Below are positions 52,838 to 53,735 of a DNA stretch of 53,735 nt, one piece after another (position 1 is the stretch's first letter; every line of letters begins with the position of its first letter). This DNA is from a bacterium (GTDB taxonomy: Bacteria > Babelota > Babeliae > Babelales > RVW-14), in the NCBI GenBank assembly GCA_023249935.1, contig JAHFBQ010000001.1, positions 1 through 53,735 on the forward strand. Direction: 5' to 3'. The position numbers and the translations under genes are program-made. Under the pieces are notes generated by a model. The model worked only from the letters and a program-made list of their open reading frames with translations, was not told where the DNA came from and did no database searches.

Positions 52838-53656
52838 TTACTGAATTGTGTTGCCTGATTCAACAAGTGTCTTGTTGGTACGACCAACATAGAGTGCTAC
52901 GAGAATCCAAACACCAATGACACCAAGAGATACGATTGAGCCGTAGAACATAAGGCTTGTCATGCTGGTGAACATTGCGTTAACGCTTGAACCAGTAGCT
53001 TTAGCTGAGCGTCCGCCGAAACCGTCAATCCAACCTTTAGCTTTGAATTTAACGTCTTTGCTTGTTGGAATGTACATGATTTCTTTACAAGGATTGTTAA
53101 GCGCATAGCTCAAGCCCTTGATTGCAACCATGGCGATGAAAAGTGCCCACAGCATAGGGAATGCCATAACGTAGATAACTACGCAAGCAACAGTTGCTGG
53201 GAACATTACCAAGCAGAAGGTTAGGCCGAAGCGACGGATGAAGAAGCTTGTACCAATGAGTGCAAATACAAGAGCCAAGCCGTTTGCGGCGATACCGAAG
53301 AATGACAAGAATTCAGCAACTTTTTCTGCTGAACCATATGCTTCATCAGCCAAAAACTTCATTTGATAGTCAAGAATAGTTCCGATGATTTCATACAGCG
53401 TTGCGATGCCAAGAATACCCATGAGGTAAGGCTTAGAGAACAATAATTTCAAGCCTTCGATTGGGCCAGTAGGCTTCTTGCTGCTTTTTTCGTGGACATA
53501 AGGGTATTTTTTAACAAAAAAGAAAATAAGTATTGGAACAAGGAAAATAGAGATAGCTGCTATACCGAAAAGAACAGGAAGGCCCCACAGGGTAGCTGTT
53601 CTGTTAACAAGGAACGGTCCAGCCATTGAGCCGATTTGTGCGCCGCCTATGATCAA
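52838..53656 (-). CDS. TLC-family ATP/ADP (nucleotide) translocase, C-terminal two-thirds
   Basis: YALIIGGAQIGSMAG, KPYLMGILGIATLYEIIGTILDYQMK and SYALNNPCKEIMYIPTSKDVKFKAKGWIDGFGGRSAKATG resemble Chlamydia/Rickettsia Npt/Tlc blocks. The track start is a TTG just after a frame break. Confidence 0.75.
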   Translation of the reverse strand: MIIGGAQIGSMAGPFLVNRTATLWGLPVLFGIAAISIFLVPILIFFFVKKYPYVHEKSSKKPTGPIEGLKLLFSKPYLMGILGIATLYEIIGTILDYQMKFLADEAYGSAEKVAEFLSFFGIAANGLALVFALIGTSFFIRRFGLTFCLVMFPATVACVVIYVMAFPMLWALFIAMVAIKGLSYALNNPCKEIMYIPTSKDVKFKAKGWIDGFGGRSAKATGSSVNAMFTSMTSLMFYGSIVSLGVIGVWILVALYVGRTNKTLVESGNTIQ

Positions 53657-53735
53657 GGCGTACCTTTTTTAGCAGATGTTGTGTCGGTTGTACTTGCAAC
53701 AAATGACCAAAATAGTGCCACTACAAGCGAACCAA
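53653..53735 (-). CDS. Upstream fragment of the same translocase in another frame (continues off-window)
   Basis: ...GSLVVALFWSFVASTTDTTSAKKGTP* matches the ...LWGFANEIT..EAKRFYAL... block up to the A6 run at 53665-53670. Confidence 0.6.
   Translation of the reverse strand, partial: GSLVVALFWSFVASTTDTTSAKKGTP

Noticed and set aside
50349-52920. Long antisense ORFs opposite the helicase gene (50349..50717, 50866..51504, 52405..52920)
   Set aside because: The helicase frame carries all UvrD/PcrA motifs. The antisense products are Ser/Arg/Cys-rich low-complexity sequence.
1-53735. CRISPR arrays, rRNA/tRNA genes, transposases, integrases, restriction-modification systems or known defence systems
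   Set aside because: I found no regularly spaced direct repeats and no recognisable signature motifs for these in any long ORF. The DUF4143 AAA ATPase at 381..1556 stands alone, with no partner genes suggestive of a defence operon.

Overview
This is a densely coding 53.7-kb chromosomal window. I found no rRNA, tRNA, CRISPR array, transposase or integrase by eye. A TLC-type ATP/ADP translocase at the right edge suggests a host-dependent, energy-parasitic bacterium (Dependentiae/TM6-, Chlamydiae- or Rickettsiales-like), but that is inference only. Three things stand out. (1) The window holds an unusually large envelope-glycosylation supercluster. Twelve GT-C-fold integral-membrane glycosyltransferase-like genes occupy roughly a third of it. 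Eight are PMT/TMTC-like paralogs (five in one translationally coupled tandem array), three are ArnT/PMT_2-like, and one is fused to a phosphoribulokinase/uridine-kinase-type domain. Sugar-donor genes accompany them: two GT2 enzymes (one GtrB/ArnC-like), a tandem-duplicated nucleotidyltransferase, GalE, ManC, an AsnB-like amidotransferase, an FAD oxidoreductase, a HAD phosphatase and a class II aldolase-like protein. (2) A polymorphic-toxin locus (13.9-19.65 kb) sits inside that supercluster. It has one 1264-aa Sec-signal protein whose mature N-terminus is a degenerate Hint (intein/hedgehog-type) domain, a variable C-terminal toxin with an overlapping immunity gene, and two downstream orphan cassettes that each start with a repeated recombination handle. 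The last handle abuts a 3'-truncated MBL-fold gene, next to a phage-type RecT/Bet annealing protein. A second signal-peptide + Hint + hydrophobic-helix protein lies at 35.6-36.4 kb. (3) Smaller oddities include GC-rich palindromic repeat elements around a small secreted-protein gene, a perfect 43-bp palindrome, tandem M50/S2P-like metalloprotease paralogs, and a frameshift at an A6 run in the ATP/ADP translocase gene. Housekeeping genes present are murE, hisS, a uvrD/pcrA-type helicase, and a polar amino-acid ABC transporter operon headed by a YerC/TrpR-like gene. All functional calls come from motif reading only; no searches were run.
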